From: TPA_inf: Saccharomyces
Lineage: Eukaryota
Length of the DNA stretch: 64,000 nucleotides
Assembly: GCA_000146045.2 (NCBI GenBank)
Contig: BK006936.2
Coordinates: 640,001 to 704,000, forward strand
Direction: 5' to 3'
Position 1 is the first letter of the stretch, and every line of letters begins with the position of its first letter. Position numbers and translations under genes: made by a program. Under the pieces are notes generated by a model. The model saw only the letters and a list, made by a program, of their open reading frames with translations. It did not search any database and was not told the DNA's origin. Shown in pieces: positions 21,701-30,640 of this stretch.

Positions 21701-22249
21701 ACCAAAGGCGGCCTTAATGATCACCGGGTAGCCGTATTCATTAACGAAGTCAAGTGCCTCTTGCACAGTTTCGATAGGTCCTGGAGTACCGGGAACGGTA
21801 GGAACGTTAGCTCTTGCTGCCAAGTGTCTGGCAGAGACTTTGTCACCCACAGAGTCAATAACTTCAGCTGGAGGGCCGATCCAAGTGATACCGGCCTTCA
21901 CTACTTTGTCGGCAAATTCCGAATTTTCAGACAAGAACCCATAACCTGGATGGATGAAATCCACCTTATGCTTCTTTGCAATTTCGATGATCTCGTCCAT
22001 TGCCAAGTAAGCACCCACAGGTGTATACTGGCCCTCCTCCCCGATAACATACGCTTCGTCCGCCTTCAACCTGTGCATTGAAAGACGGTCCTCATGGGAG
22101 TATATGGCGATGGTTCTCATAGACAGCTCATGAGCAGATCTAAAAATTCTAATCGGAATTTCACCTCTATTGGCGACCAAGATCTTATTCTTTTCGCCGA
22201 GCAAACTGAAATTGTCCCTAAGACCGGCCAATTTCTTGCTACTGCTCAT
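18707..22249 (-). CDS. PYC2: Pyruvate carboxylase isoform 2, 1180 aa (biotin carboxylase, carboxyltransferase and biotinyl domains)
   Basis: 1180-aa ORF starting MSSSKKLAGLRDNFSLLGEKNKILVANRGEIPIRIF. The ATP-grasp biotin carboxylase domain comes first, then the HxH TIM-barrel transcarboxylase domain, then the C-terminal biotin attachment motif AMKME. The N-terminus distinguishes it from PYC1 (MSQRKF...) by memory. Confidence 0.92.
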   Translation of the reverse strand: MSSSKKLAGLRDNFSLLGEKNKILVANRGEIPIRIFRSAHELSMRTIAIYSHEDRLSMHRLKADEAYVIGEEGQYTPVGAYLAMDEIIEIAKKHKVDFIHPGYGFLSENSEFADKVVKAGITWIGPPAEVIDSVGDKVSARHLAARANVPTVPGTPGPIETVQEALDFVNEYGYPVIIKAAFGGGGRGMRVVREGDDVADAFQRATSEARTAFGNGTCFVERFLDKPKHIEVQLLADNHGNVVHLFERDCSVQRRHQKVVEVAPAKTLPREVRDAILTDAVKLAKVCGYRNAGTAEFLVDNQNRHYFIEINPRIQVEHTITEEITGIDIVSAQIQIAAGATLTQLGLLQDKITTRGFSIQCRITTEDPSKNFQPDTGRLEVYRSAGGNGVRLDGGNAYAGATISPHYDSMLVKCSCSGSTYEIVRRKMIRALIEFRIRGVKTNIPFLLTLLTNPVFIEGTYWTTFIDDTPQLFQMVSSQNRAQKLLHYLADLAVNGSSIKGQIGLPKLKSNPSVPHLHDAQGNVINVTKSAPPSGWRQVLLEKGPSEFAKQVRQFNGTLLMDTTWRDAHQSLLATRVRTHDLATIAPTTAHALAGAFALECWGGATFDVAMRFLHEDPWERLRKLRSLVPNIPFQMLLRGANGVAYSSLPDNAIDHFVKQAKDNGVDIFRVFDALNDLEQLKVGVNAVKKAGGVVEATVCYSGDMLQPGKKYNLDYYLEVVEKIVQMGTHILGIKDMAGTMKPAAAKLLIGSLRTRYPDLPIHVHSHDSAGTAVASMTACALAGADVVDVAINSMSGLTSQPSINALLASLEGNIDTGINVEHVRELDAYWAEMRLLYSCFEADLKGPDPEVYQHEIPGGQLTNLLFQAQQLGLGEQWAETKRAYREANYLLGDIVKVTPTSKVVGDLAQFMVSNKLTSDDIRRLANSLDFPDSVMDFFEGLIGQPYGGFPEPLRSDVLRNKRRKLTCRPGLELEPFDLEKIREDLQNRFGDIDECDVASYNMYPRVYEDFQKIRETYGDLSVLPTKNFLAPAEPDEEIEVTIEQGKTLIIKLQAVGDLNKKTGQREVYFELNGELRKIRVADKSQNIQSVAKPKADVHDTHQIGAPMAGVIIEVKVHKGSLVKKGESIAVLSAMKMEMVVSSPADGQVKDVFIKDGESVDASDLLVVLEEETLPPSQKK

Positions 22250-22498
22250 ATTTTATTTTGTTCTCTATGTCCCTTATTTTCTCTCCTAGTAACTGTCCTT
22301 TATTTTGCAATATAGTAATTGGCAAAAAAATCAAACTCAAATGACGGGCCACAGATAGTAAGCTACAAGAGTTTGGAAGAAAAGAGGGGCTTGTTTATGT
22401 ATGTAATCAAGTAAGGATACCGAAAGTAAGAGAAAAGAAAAAAGGACTAAAAATCACAGAAACACAATAGGAAATATCCGATGGGGAGTACTTCTTAC

Positions 22499-23091
22499 TT
22501 AACACTCCCTGCGCCAATTCTGACTCTTATAATAAATAGCTCGAGACGTAACTGCCAAAATTGTAAAAAAAAAATGAAAAACTATTAGAAAATTAATTGC
22601 GAAAAAAAAAAGGTTAGTCATATGTGCCTTTGCGGCGTCTTCCGCAGGAAGGACCCCTCTCTGCCAATCACAGAAGAGCTGGCTGTGCCTGTGCGGTACG
22701 CTATCAGCAGCTGCGTCGGGTAAGGGACACGTCGTTAGTGACAATCGTGGTTAGTTTTCGTACAGAAAGATGACCTTAATTGATAATTAAAGTATAGAAA
22801 TGTCGTATAGTATATTTTTCCCTTGCATGGAAAAAACTGGGATAATGTGATGATTCTCATTAACAGATTTACACTGGTATTGATACTCATTTTGTTTCTG
22901 CTTCCTGTAGTACATAAAAAGATCTTGTAAATATTACGATACTCGTTAAAATTTTCTTGAACGTAATGTCGTACAATTCTTGTTTGAGGGGTCGTTACGT
23001 ACATCTCCAGGAACTGATTGGCAGACTTTGTAAATGGAGGATTTTCCTTTTCAAATATCCAAAATATAGGAAAAGTCCGACTACAATACAT
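22499..23091 (-). CDS. Small uncharacterised ORF region (YBR219C position), possibly spliced; the model is uncertain
   Basis: ATG at 23089-23091 opens a 29-codon reading frame that runs straight into GTACGT (plus-strand 22997-23002), an accepted yeast 5'ss variant. Candidate branch sites AACTAAC/CACTAAC lie at about 22715-22740. A downstream frame (22499-22744, 81 codons) could be joined. Exon 1 would overlap the last 97 nt of YBR220C in another frame. I cannot fix the 3' splice site. Confidence 0.25.
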
Positions 23092-24677
23092 ATGAGATTG
23101 GTGATGTAATAGCCGTCACGCAGGATGGTCACGGTGCCATTCAAAAGCTCGGTGCACGCTTGCATGCTGCCGCCGTGAGTTACGTATACTTTATTTGTGC
23201 CAGGAATAGTGCACTGATACACGGTGAAGTAGTTGATCATGGACATAATGATTAACCGCGGCCATGTCCCACCGAAGTTGCTGAGGGTATTTAACAATGT
23301 CATATATGTGCCACCCAGCACGGGGTCTGCAACTCTTGTATGGAAGGCCGATATTCCAATGAACTGGACAGTATTCATGAAGGAACCTAAGAGGTGCTGG
23401 AATATCACGAGACAAAAATAACCCGTGGATATTTCACCATCCTTGGGGAATTGCTTCACCACGTAACTTCCCAAGACCGCGGCTGCCAGACGGCCCAAAA
23501 AGCCCCACAACCATGGTGTTAAAACGCCGGCATCCCCAACTAAGAACTTGATGACCTTGTTGGTGCCCGTGCTGTTTCTTAATCTTCTATTGTCACGAAT
23601 CATGGGGTCCTTGTCGGAGCTCCATTTAACAACATAGTACCCAAATATGATTTCGAACGGCAGGTCTATGAGTACTGTCACAGCCAAGTCTTCTCTTTTG
23701 AAGCCTTGCTCTAGTAGTTTCAGGTTTGTGGCGGCTTCGTTGCATTGAAAGGCAAATTTCGAAATCATGTGAATGAAGGCTAGGCTTCTTACGGACTTCA
23801 ATTTCAACACTTTTATAAAGCAGCGGTAAATGTACTTTATACTGCTTGTATTCTGAGTTGACACCACATCACCGTCGTCATACTCAATACTTATCGGCTT
23901 TGACCCTCCGTCACTTGTATTTATGGGCTCCACTTTGGGCAAATACTCTACGTAGGGTTTTTCCTTGGTGCAAAAGATGATATATATGGTTATTACAATG
24001 TAAAGCATGCCCGAGAATTTCATGTACCCACCAAGACTAATGAACCCGTGATCCAGTGGGATGTTTCTGAAATACTTATTGGCGAAATCAGAGGAATTCA
24101 ACGACAGGAAAATGGTAAATGACATAAAATAACCAATATTCAAACCTATTGTTTGCGCGGTAGATGCATATGATAGGGATTCTTTGGACAAAATCGTCAA
24201 CGCCCAACCATCAACTGCGATGTCTTGAGTGGCACACAGAAAAACTAACAGGCCAAACCACCACGTCAAATTTTTTATACTGACACTGTGTAAAGTGCCA
24301 TTACCGCGATTATGGAACGCATCGTCGACACCATCGAAGATTATGCCTTGTGATATGCACCACCCTAATGCCCATAGCACAAATCCACTAACAAATTGTA
24401 CTGGAATGATCCATGATCTTCTTCTACCGATGCGCTTGTTGTACAGTGAGTCTACTATTGGTGACCATATGATCTTTAAAGAATATGGATATGTAGCCAT
24501 AGAGAAAATTCCCAGTGATGTAAACGAGGTCTCCTTTGCTAAAGATTTCAGTAGAAACGGTACGGTACCGAAGGCCAATCCTACAGGTATGCCTTGAGCC
24601 AAATATAACATAATTAAAAGATAAAATTGCGGCAAATCATGCTTGGCTAGTGACCCGCTCTTTCGCTTAGGTTCCAT
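22995..24677 (-). CDS. Multi-pass membrane protein of the acetyl-CoA transporter (AT-1/SLC33A1-like, MFS) family, 560 aa; uncharacterised
   Basis: 560-aa ORF with about 11-12 hydrophobic segments, starting MEPKRKSGSLAKHDLPQFYLLIMLYLAQGIPVGLAFG, which resembles the conserved AT-1 family N-terminal motif. It corresponds to YBR220C by position and length. Confidence 0.8.
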   Translation of the reverse strand: MEPKRKSGSLAKHDLPQFYLLIMLYLAQGIPVGLAFGTVPFLLKSLAKETSFTSLGIFSMATYPYSLKIIWSPIVDSLYNKRIGRRRSWIIPVQFVSGFVLWALGWCISQGIIFDGVDDAFHNRGNGTLHSVSIKNLTWWFGLLVFLCATQDIAVDGWALTILSKESLSYASTAQTIGLNIGYFMSFTIFLSLNSSDFANKYFRNIPLDHGFISLGGYMKFSGMLYIVITIYIIFCTKEKPYVEYLPKVEPINTSDGGSKPISIEYDDGDVVSTQNTSSIKYIYRCFIKVLKLKSVRSLAFIHMISKFAFQCNEAATNLKLLEQGFKREDLAVTVLIDLPFEIIFGYYVVKWSSDKDPMIRDNRRLRNSTGTNKVIKFLVGDAGVLTPWLWGFLGRLAAAVLGSYVVKQFPKDGEISTGYFCLVIFQHLLGSFMNTVQFIGISAFHTRVADPVLGGTYMTLLNTLSNFGGTWPRLIIMSMINYFTVYQCTIPGTNKVYVTHGGSMQACTELLNGTVTILRDGYYITNLICIVVGLFLYFGYLKRKILHLQSLPISSWRCT

Positions 24678-25152
24678 GCCTACTTTTGTTTTATCCCCCT
24701 ATAACTATGGTATATTATACTGCCTCACCAAACGTTTAGGTCTTGCTTCTGCTTCCCACAGTAGCTTACGCATTATAGCCGATTTATTTTTCACTTATTT
24801 TCGCATGCCAGAGTATCTTTATTTTCTTTCTTTCATTCAGCCTGTCGTCGAAAAGAAAAAAAAGAAAATAAATATGTGCGTATTCTAACCATGAAACAGG
24901 AACTCATTCAATGTGCACAGTACTTATCTCATTCAATTTTGTAAAAACAAAATATATACATTGTATGTATGTGTGTATTTGCAGTTATATATCTACTAAT
25001 AACCAGTACGCCATACATGTCTTGATTAGCAAAATATTATTTATGTTTTTCTCATTAGTACTATTTCCGCGAAGAGGGTAGAAAGTGTAGGGTACAGGGA
25101 AAAAAGTTCCCTATCTCCTTCTTTCTCTCCTTCCTATTGGATTGAAGTTTAT

Positions 25153-26253
25153 TTATTCAATTGACAAGACTTCTTTGACAGCTTTAACGATGGTTGGAGT
25201 ATCAGGGAAAGCGAAATCTTCTAATTCTTTAGCGTAAGGTGTTGGAACATCGGCACCAGTAACTCTTTGGATTGGAGCATCCAAGTAATCAAAGGCTTCA
25301 GACTCCATAACTTGGGCGACAATTTCAGCACCAACACCAAATGATGGGAAAGTGGATTCAACAGTAATCAAGTGGTTTGTCTTCTTGACAGTTTTGATGA
25401 TAGCTTCAGTATCTAAAGGTCTAATAGAACGCAAGTTGATAACTTCTGCAGAGACACCATATTTCTTTTGTAGAATTTCAGCGGCTTCCAAAGAAAACTG
25501 AACGTTTCTTGTGTACGTAACAATGGAAATATCGGTACCTTCTCTTTCGATCTTAGCCTTGTATGGCAAGGTGAACTCAGGGGATAAAGCTTCTTCTGAG
25601 ATTTCAAAAGATTCACCGTACAACAATTCGTTCTCTAAAAATACAACAGGGTTTGGATCTCTGATGGCGGCCTTTAACAAACCCCTAGCATCTTCAGCAG
25701 AATAAGGGACAAGGACCTTTAACCCTGGAATGGAACCGTACCAAGGAGAAAAGTCCTGTGAATGTTGAGCACCAACACCCACTGCAGCACCATTAGGACC
25801 TCTGAAGACCATTTGACATTTTTGAGTACCACCAGACATGTAGTGAGTCTTTGCAGCGGAATTGACAACATGATCGATAGCTTGCATAGAGAAATTGAAC
25901 GACATAAACTCTACAATTGGCTTCAAACCCTTCAAAGCGGCACCAACGGCCAAACCTGTGAACCCGTATTCGGTAATAGGTGTGTCAACCACACGACGTT
26001 CACCGAACCTGTCCAATAAACCCTTTGACACCTTATAAGCCCCGTTATATTGTGCAACTTCTTCACCAATAAGGAAGACATCATCATCACGGTCCAATTC
26101 TTCCGCCATGGCACTATTCAAGGCCTCTCTGACGGTCATCGTCTTTGTTGATGAGAATCTCAATGCTGCTGCTGCTGCAGAGGGTCTTACAAAAGAAGTT
26201 GGGGCACGACGTGCAACATTTCTGGCCAATGATGTTGGCAGTCTGGAAAACAT
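25153..26253 (-). CDS. PDB1: Pyruvate dehydrogenase E1 beta subunit, mitochondrial, 366 aa
   Basis: ATG at 26251-26253 gives [36 protein letters not shown] (an R/S-rich mitochondrial presequence). The transketolase-like pyrimidine-binding and C-terminal domains follow. 366 aa matches PDB1. The ORF-track start is 19 codons further upstream. Confidence 0.9.
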   Translation of the reverse strand: MFSRLPTSLARNVARRAPTSFVRPSAAAAALRFSSTKTMTVREALNSAMAEELDRDDDVFLIGEEVAQYNGAYKVSKGLLDRFGERRVVDTPITEYGFTGLAVGAALKGLKPIVEFMSFNFSMQAIDHVVNSAAKTHYMSGGTQKCQMVFRGPNGAAVGVGAQHSQDFSPWYGSIPGLKVLVPYSAEDARGLLKAAIRDPNPVVFLENELLYGESFEISEEALSPEFTLPYKAKIEREGTDISIVTYTRNVQFSLEAAEILQKKYGVSAEVINLRSIRPLDTEAIIKTVKKTNHLITVESTFPSFGVGAEIVAQVMESEAFDYLDAPIQRVTGADVPTPYAKELEDFAFPDTPTIVKAVKEVLSIE

Positions 26254-26719
26254 GTTGAACAAAATTATTGCAAAAGTAAAAGAACTTACTAAACTGCGAT
26301 CGATTATCAATGAACAAACACAGGAACTGTTATGAGGGAGGCGGAATTTAACGTCCGAGTGTGTAAATGATACTAAATTAGTCTAACAAAAGGAAGAAAC
26401 TTGACAGAGATAATATCAAGAGTCGCTGTTGCAATCGTTAACCTGTATATGTAGATACACCTCTTTTTATTGCAAACGTGCAAACGCATGACTTTTAATG
26501 ACGGAGAACTTCTTAGTTGAAGACTCGTCTCTTTTGCATGTTCTCCCACTTCGAAGTCTCGGAAAACAGACCCCGGAAACAGCCGCGACGAAAAAGAATC
26601 AGCTTAGGCATGATAAATACTGTGGTTTCATTAGATAGATAAAATACATAAGTATTGGCGTATATAAACGGGTGCCAGATAGAAGCTTTCAGAGAGCATA
26701 AAATTGTACAGGATACTGC

Positions 26720-28351
26720 CTACAACTTACTCTTATTTCTGCTGCTCTTAGCAAAAGTTTCTGCGATAACTCTTCTCTGGATTTTACCTGTAGCGGTTTT
26801 TGGTAGCTTATCAACAAAGTACACCTTGGTTGGAATTTTGAAAGAGGCTAGGTGCTTCTTTAAGAAGTTCACCAGTTCTTCGTAGGTCATTTTTTCTCCC
26901 TTCTTCAAAACAATGGCGGCTTGAACTACTTGGCCGTACATATCGTCGGGAACACCAAATGCAACGGCTTCATCGATCTTTGGATGCGATAGCATAATGC
27001 CGTCGAGCTCAATGGGTGAAATCTTTTCACCACCCCTGTTGATAAGCTCTTTGATTCTGCCTGTAAGGACCAAAAACCCCTCAGGGTCGAAATAACCTTG
27101 GTCACCGGTTCTGAAATAGTTCTCTCTCTTGGTGAAGTTCTCCTTGTTAGCTTTTGGATTATTAGCATACCCCAAAGTGACGTTTTCGCCTCTGATGGAA
27201 ACTTCGCCGACTTTGCCCGGGGGCAAGACATTGTCATTGTCATCTAGAATGACGACGGTGACTCCTTGTGGCTGGCCCACAGTACCAGGCTTTCTCTTTC
27301 CTGGAGGCAGATTGTTTGAGGTCATTTGATGTGATGCTTCGGTCATCGCATAGGCCTCCAAGACAGGTGCATTGAATTCCTTCTCCAGCTTATGGAACGT
27401 TGCTGGAGCCAAAGCAGAAGAACACGATCTGATGAATCTAATGTGTGGGAAAGGGTTTGGTTTGGGCATGTTCAGCATAATCATGCTTATTGTGGGAACG
27501 CAACTGAACCAATTACAGTTGTACTTAACAAATTGGTCCCAGAATAACTTTGGATGGAATCCATCGGGAACCACAACAGAACCCTGAGTTCTAAAAGTGG
27601 AAAGTAAAACACCAATTAACCCATGGACGTGGAAAAGAGGCATCACGACATAAGATCTGTCCAAGGGCGTTAGCTTGTAAGTGTTAGCAATGTTCAACGT
27701 GCTTCTCACAATGTTCAAATGTAACAAAGGCACCGTTTTTGGAGTGGAGGTGGTACCACTGGTATGCAAAATCAGGGCAACGTCACTGGAACGGGCAAAC
27801 CCAGGGAATTTAACGGGATTTGTGTTGACAAATTTGGCGTTGTTCAAAGACCGGTAAATAACCCTTTTGTAGTTGTCCTCTGGAGAGTATATATCATACT
27901 CTACCCTAAACCTGGTCGCATCGAAGGCCAGCTCTACGATAAAACATCCAAACGTGGAGGCAGATTTTAGAATTTCAGAACTCTGTAACTTTGTGGTACC
28001 CTTTGGGACGCAAATCGCCTTAGATTTCAGGTCATTCAAATAAAAATTGAACTCCTTTTCCTTATAATTGGGATTCAAGGGCGCGCCAATTTTAGCGTCC
28101 ATAGTAGCACCGAGGAAAGCGACGATAAATTCCAGCCCATTACGCATGGATATCGCCACTGTATCTTGTCTGAAAACAGCTCCGTACAATGGAGAATTAG
28201 GATTTGTGAACATGGTCTGGAAGTGACCCACCATGTGGGATAGATCCCTGTAGGTCACCTGAGTGTCCGTTTCAGGAACAATAACGGCGACATTATCGGA
28301 TACGCTAAAAGTATCGTTGAACGAAGCAGTAACAGTAGCGGCACTTGTCAT
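26720..28351 (-). CDS. PCS60: Peroxisomal AMP-binding acyl-activating enzyme (oxalyl-CoA synthetase family), 543 aa, C-terminal SKL
   Basis: ATG at 28349-28351 gives MTSAATVTASFNDTF... The AMP-binding motif LHTSGTTSTPK is present. The C-terminus -SKL is a PTS1 signal. 543 aa matches PCS60/YBR222C. Confidence 0.88.
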   Translation of the reverse strand: MTSAATVTASFNDTFSVSDNVAVIVPETDTQVTYRDLSHMVGHFQTMFTNPNSPLYGAVFRQDTVAISMRNGLEFIVAFLGATMDAKIGAPLNPNYKEKEFNFYLNDLKSKAICVPKGTTKLQSSEILKSASTFGCFIVELAFDATRFRVEYDIYSPEDNYKRVIYRSLNNAKFVNTNPVKFPGFARSSDVALILHTSGTTSTPKTVPLLHLNIVRSTLNIANTYKLTPLDRSYVVMPLFHVHGLIGVLLSTFRTQGSVVVPDGFHPKLFWDQFVKYNCNWFSCVPTISMIMLNMPKPNPFPHIRFIRSCSSALAPATFHKLEKEFNAPVLEAYAMTEASHQMTSNNLPPGKRKPGTVGQPQGVTVVILDDNDNVLPPGKVGEVSIRGENVTLGYANNPKANKENFTKRENYFRTGDQGYFDPEGFLVLTGRIKELINRGGEKISPIELDGIMLSHPKIDEAVAFGVPDDMYGQVVQAAIVLKKGEKMTYEELVNFLKKHLASFKIPTKVYFVDKLPKTATGKIQRRVIAETFAKSSRNKSKL

Positions 28352-28662
28352 TGTAGCAAAAATGTGCGTGAAGCGTCTAACCTCTTGCAGCACAGTGGGA
28401 GTAAATTTCAAGAAGGAGCATCTATTAAAAAGAGCTTTTAATCATACCATCTCTATTTATATACAGTTAATCTTGAAAAATAAAAAAAGACCGAATAAAG
28501 GACTCGGAAGCTTTAGCTCGGAATAGTTAAAGACGCTTTCGGCCCGAGAAAAAAATATTCTGAGCACCAAAATCCAATCGCCTGAAGTTTATCAAGTAAA
28601 TTTGCCATTCCTGGCCCCATATAGTGATGCCTAAGTGGACAGCAACATCGCGCTCTTACTTG

Positions 28663-30297
28663 TTAGTCGTTCTCATGACGAGCAAGGCAAAAGCACTCGT
28701 CCTCAGCTAAGTCGTATGGTATGACTGGCAGCGTGAATGGCACGGCCACATGGGTGGGATTACCCGCGCAGCCTCTACGGTCACGTGTAAAAGTACGGCA
28801 CGTGACCTTCCTGGTATTTGCTAACCTGCGACTATGGTAAAGCACTCCTGCTTCATAATTGCGTGGTTTTCTTGAAACGGTGCCCCATGCTGTTTGGCTG
28901 AGGTTTGCCGAAGTATAAAGGCACCATTCTAGTTCTTTAAATACCTGCGATGCATCACAGGGCCCTGCGGAGTTTGTTGCACAATGCATGTAAAACTTAG
29001 AGTGCGCGGGCGTCGTCCCTCGTCTTCTAGTAACCATAGCAGGGTCTTGCTTGTAAAATACTTTGAACTTGTTTCGCAGCATTTCGTAGTAGCTCTTTTT
29101 CTGAAGATATTGAAAATGAAACCACCCGGAACTGGACCACTTTAAGGGACTGGTGACAAACTCTTGTTCGGTGGGGAAAATAATGTACGGCTTGATTTTT
29201 CTCTGCGAATATTCATTAATCAATGAATTCGTTGGCAGTATTTCTGCTTTCTTCCTCCCAGCGGTGTCCTTTGCTGGAGGGGACATGATTCCGGTAAACA
29301 GAGGAATCATTAGATGTGTCCATAAGTTTTCGTCTCGCGCTCTTGATAGAGATGTCCCTATGGATGAAGTTTGACATAGATAATGTTTTGCAGTATCACT
29401 AGCACTTGTGCCAGCAGAAAGTTTTTCTAGTTTATTGTAAAACGACAGTAAACCCGACGACTGAAATTTGGAGGGCGTAGAATATACAAATTCTAATTCG
29501 CTCAAAGGAGCAAAGTTAACTTCCTCTACGCTTTTTGTAATCAATTCGTCAATGTCTTTCAGGTGGTACGAATTGAGGTATTCTATCAAGCTTCTCTTAA
29601 ACGGTACTGGTAGCCCTTCTTTACCTATTTTCAAAAGGGGACTGCACCAACACACCTGTTGAGGCAGGTTAGTCTCCATTGACGTAAAATTGTTAGATGG
29701 CAAGAATATTTTGCATTCGCCATTATCGTAAAAGTTTATGATCAGCTTCGTATGGTGGGAAGCGAATGGGGGCATCGTTATTTCAATAAGTTTGACCTTT
29801 TTTAATATTACTGCCAGTGTCGCGTCCATAGCACGGGCTTCGATAGGCATAATAGTACCCTTTTGGCCGACGATGGTTATGTTCTCTACGTTCTGGTGGA
29901 ATTGTCTCAACAAGAAATCAAGTTCGTATTGGAAACTGAAGAGTATGCTTCTTTTTAGTGTCTCAGTGCCAAAGATATCTTTCAATGTAATCATATCCTC
30001 TACTTCTCCCATAAAATCCTCTCTTTCATAGAAGTCCGATTTCATTAGTTTAAAAACGGCACCTTTTGCCGTATCGTTTGTTTCTATTCTCTCACTCAAA
30101 TCTTGTTCCTGATTAGTCAAATCAATGATTTTCGATTCACTGACTATGACGCAGTCGTCGCTATCATTGTTACTGTTGACCGGAGCCATATTCTCCATTT
30201 CAGCACTATACCTGACGCTCTTCCACCGTTGTGCTACTTTCTCGGCAACATCCGACCTCTTCCTCTTAGTTCCATTGAAATTTGTTTCTCGTGACAT
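28663..30297 (-). CDS. TDP1: Tyrosyl-DNA phosphodiesterase 1, 544 aa
   Basis: 544-aa ORF starting MSRETNFNGTKRKRS. Two HKD/HKN-type catalytic motifs of the PLD superfamily are present (HTKLIINF... and HSKFYMHC...). It matches TDP1/YBR223C. Confidence 0.85.
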   Translation of the reverse strand: MSRETNFNGTKRKRSDVAEKVAQRWKSVRYSAEMENMAPVNSNNDSDDCVIVSESKIIDLTNQEQDLSERIETNDTAKGAVFKLMKSDFYEREDFMGEVEDMITLKDIFGTETLKRSILFSFQYELDFLLRQFHQNVENITIVGQKGTIMPIEARAMDATLAVILKKVKLIEITMPPFASHHTKLIINFYDNGECKIFLPSNNFTSMETNLPQQVCWCSPLLKIGKEGLPVPFKRSLIEYLNSYHLKDIDELITKSVEEVNFAPLSELEFVYSTPSKFQSSGLLSFYNKLEKLSAGTSASDTAKHYLCQTSSIGTSLSRARDENLWTHLMIPLFTGIMSPPAKDTAGRKKAEILPTNSLINEYSQRKIKPYIIFPTEQEFVTSPLKWSSSGWFHFQYLQKKSYYEMLRNKFKVFYKQDPAMVTRRRGTTPAHSKFYMHCATNSAGPCDASQVFKELEWCLYTSANLSQTAWGTVSRKPRNYEAGVLYHSRRLANTRKVTCRTFTRDRRGCAGNPTHVAVPFTLPVIPYDLAEDECFCLARHEND

Positions 30298-30640
30298 TAA
30301 TGATCGGTTGAAAACACATTATCATCATTCTTGTCTGGGCTCACCGTTTCTCTGCATTATTTTCCTCTTTATAAGCCCTTTATTAAATTACCATTTTCGC
30401 AGTTTAGTGCGGCCGCCGAAAATACATCAGAAGGGATCCATACCAACACTTACCAAGAACGCTGAAACACGTTGTTCACATCACCTGAAACAAGCAGCAG
30501 CTACTGGAGAAGTGTGTAAAGTAGTAGTAATTATTAAAGGACACATATTGAAGGATTGTTCAATTTTCTTTTTTATTATTTTTCCCCTCATTTATCCACT
30601 TTTTATAAACTGCTCAAGTAAATACAATGGGCTCCAATAA
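30125..30640 (+). CDS. 171-aa ORF antisense to the 5' end of TDP1; probably non-coding (dubious YBR224W position)
   Basis: It overlaps TDP1 on the opposite strand and has no domain. Confidence 0.1.
   Translation: MIFDSLTMTQSSLSLLLLTGAIFSISALYLTLFHRCATFSATSDLFLLVPLKFVSRDINDRLKTHYHHSCLGSPFLCIIFLFISPLLNYHFRSLVRPPKIHQKGSIPTLTKNAETRCSHHLKQAAATGEVCKVVVIIKGHILKDCSIFFFIIFPLIYPLFINCSSKYNGLQ

Noticed and set aside
21479-22081. 200-aa ORF on the + strand inside PYC2
   Set aside because: It is entirely antisense to a strongly conserved 1180-aa coding sequence. It has no start context or domain. It is a typical shadow ORF.
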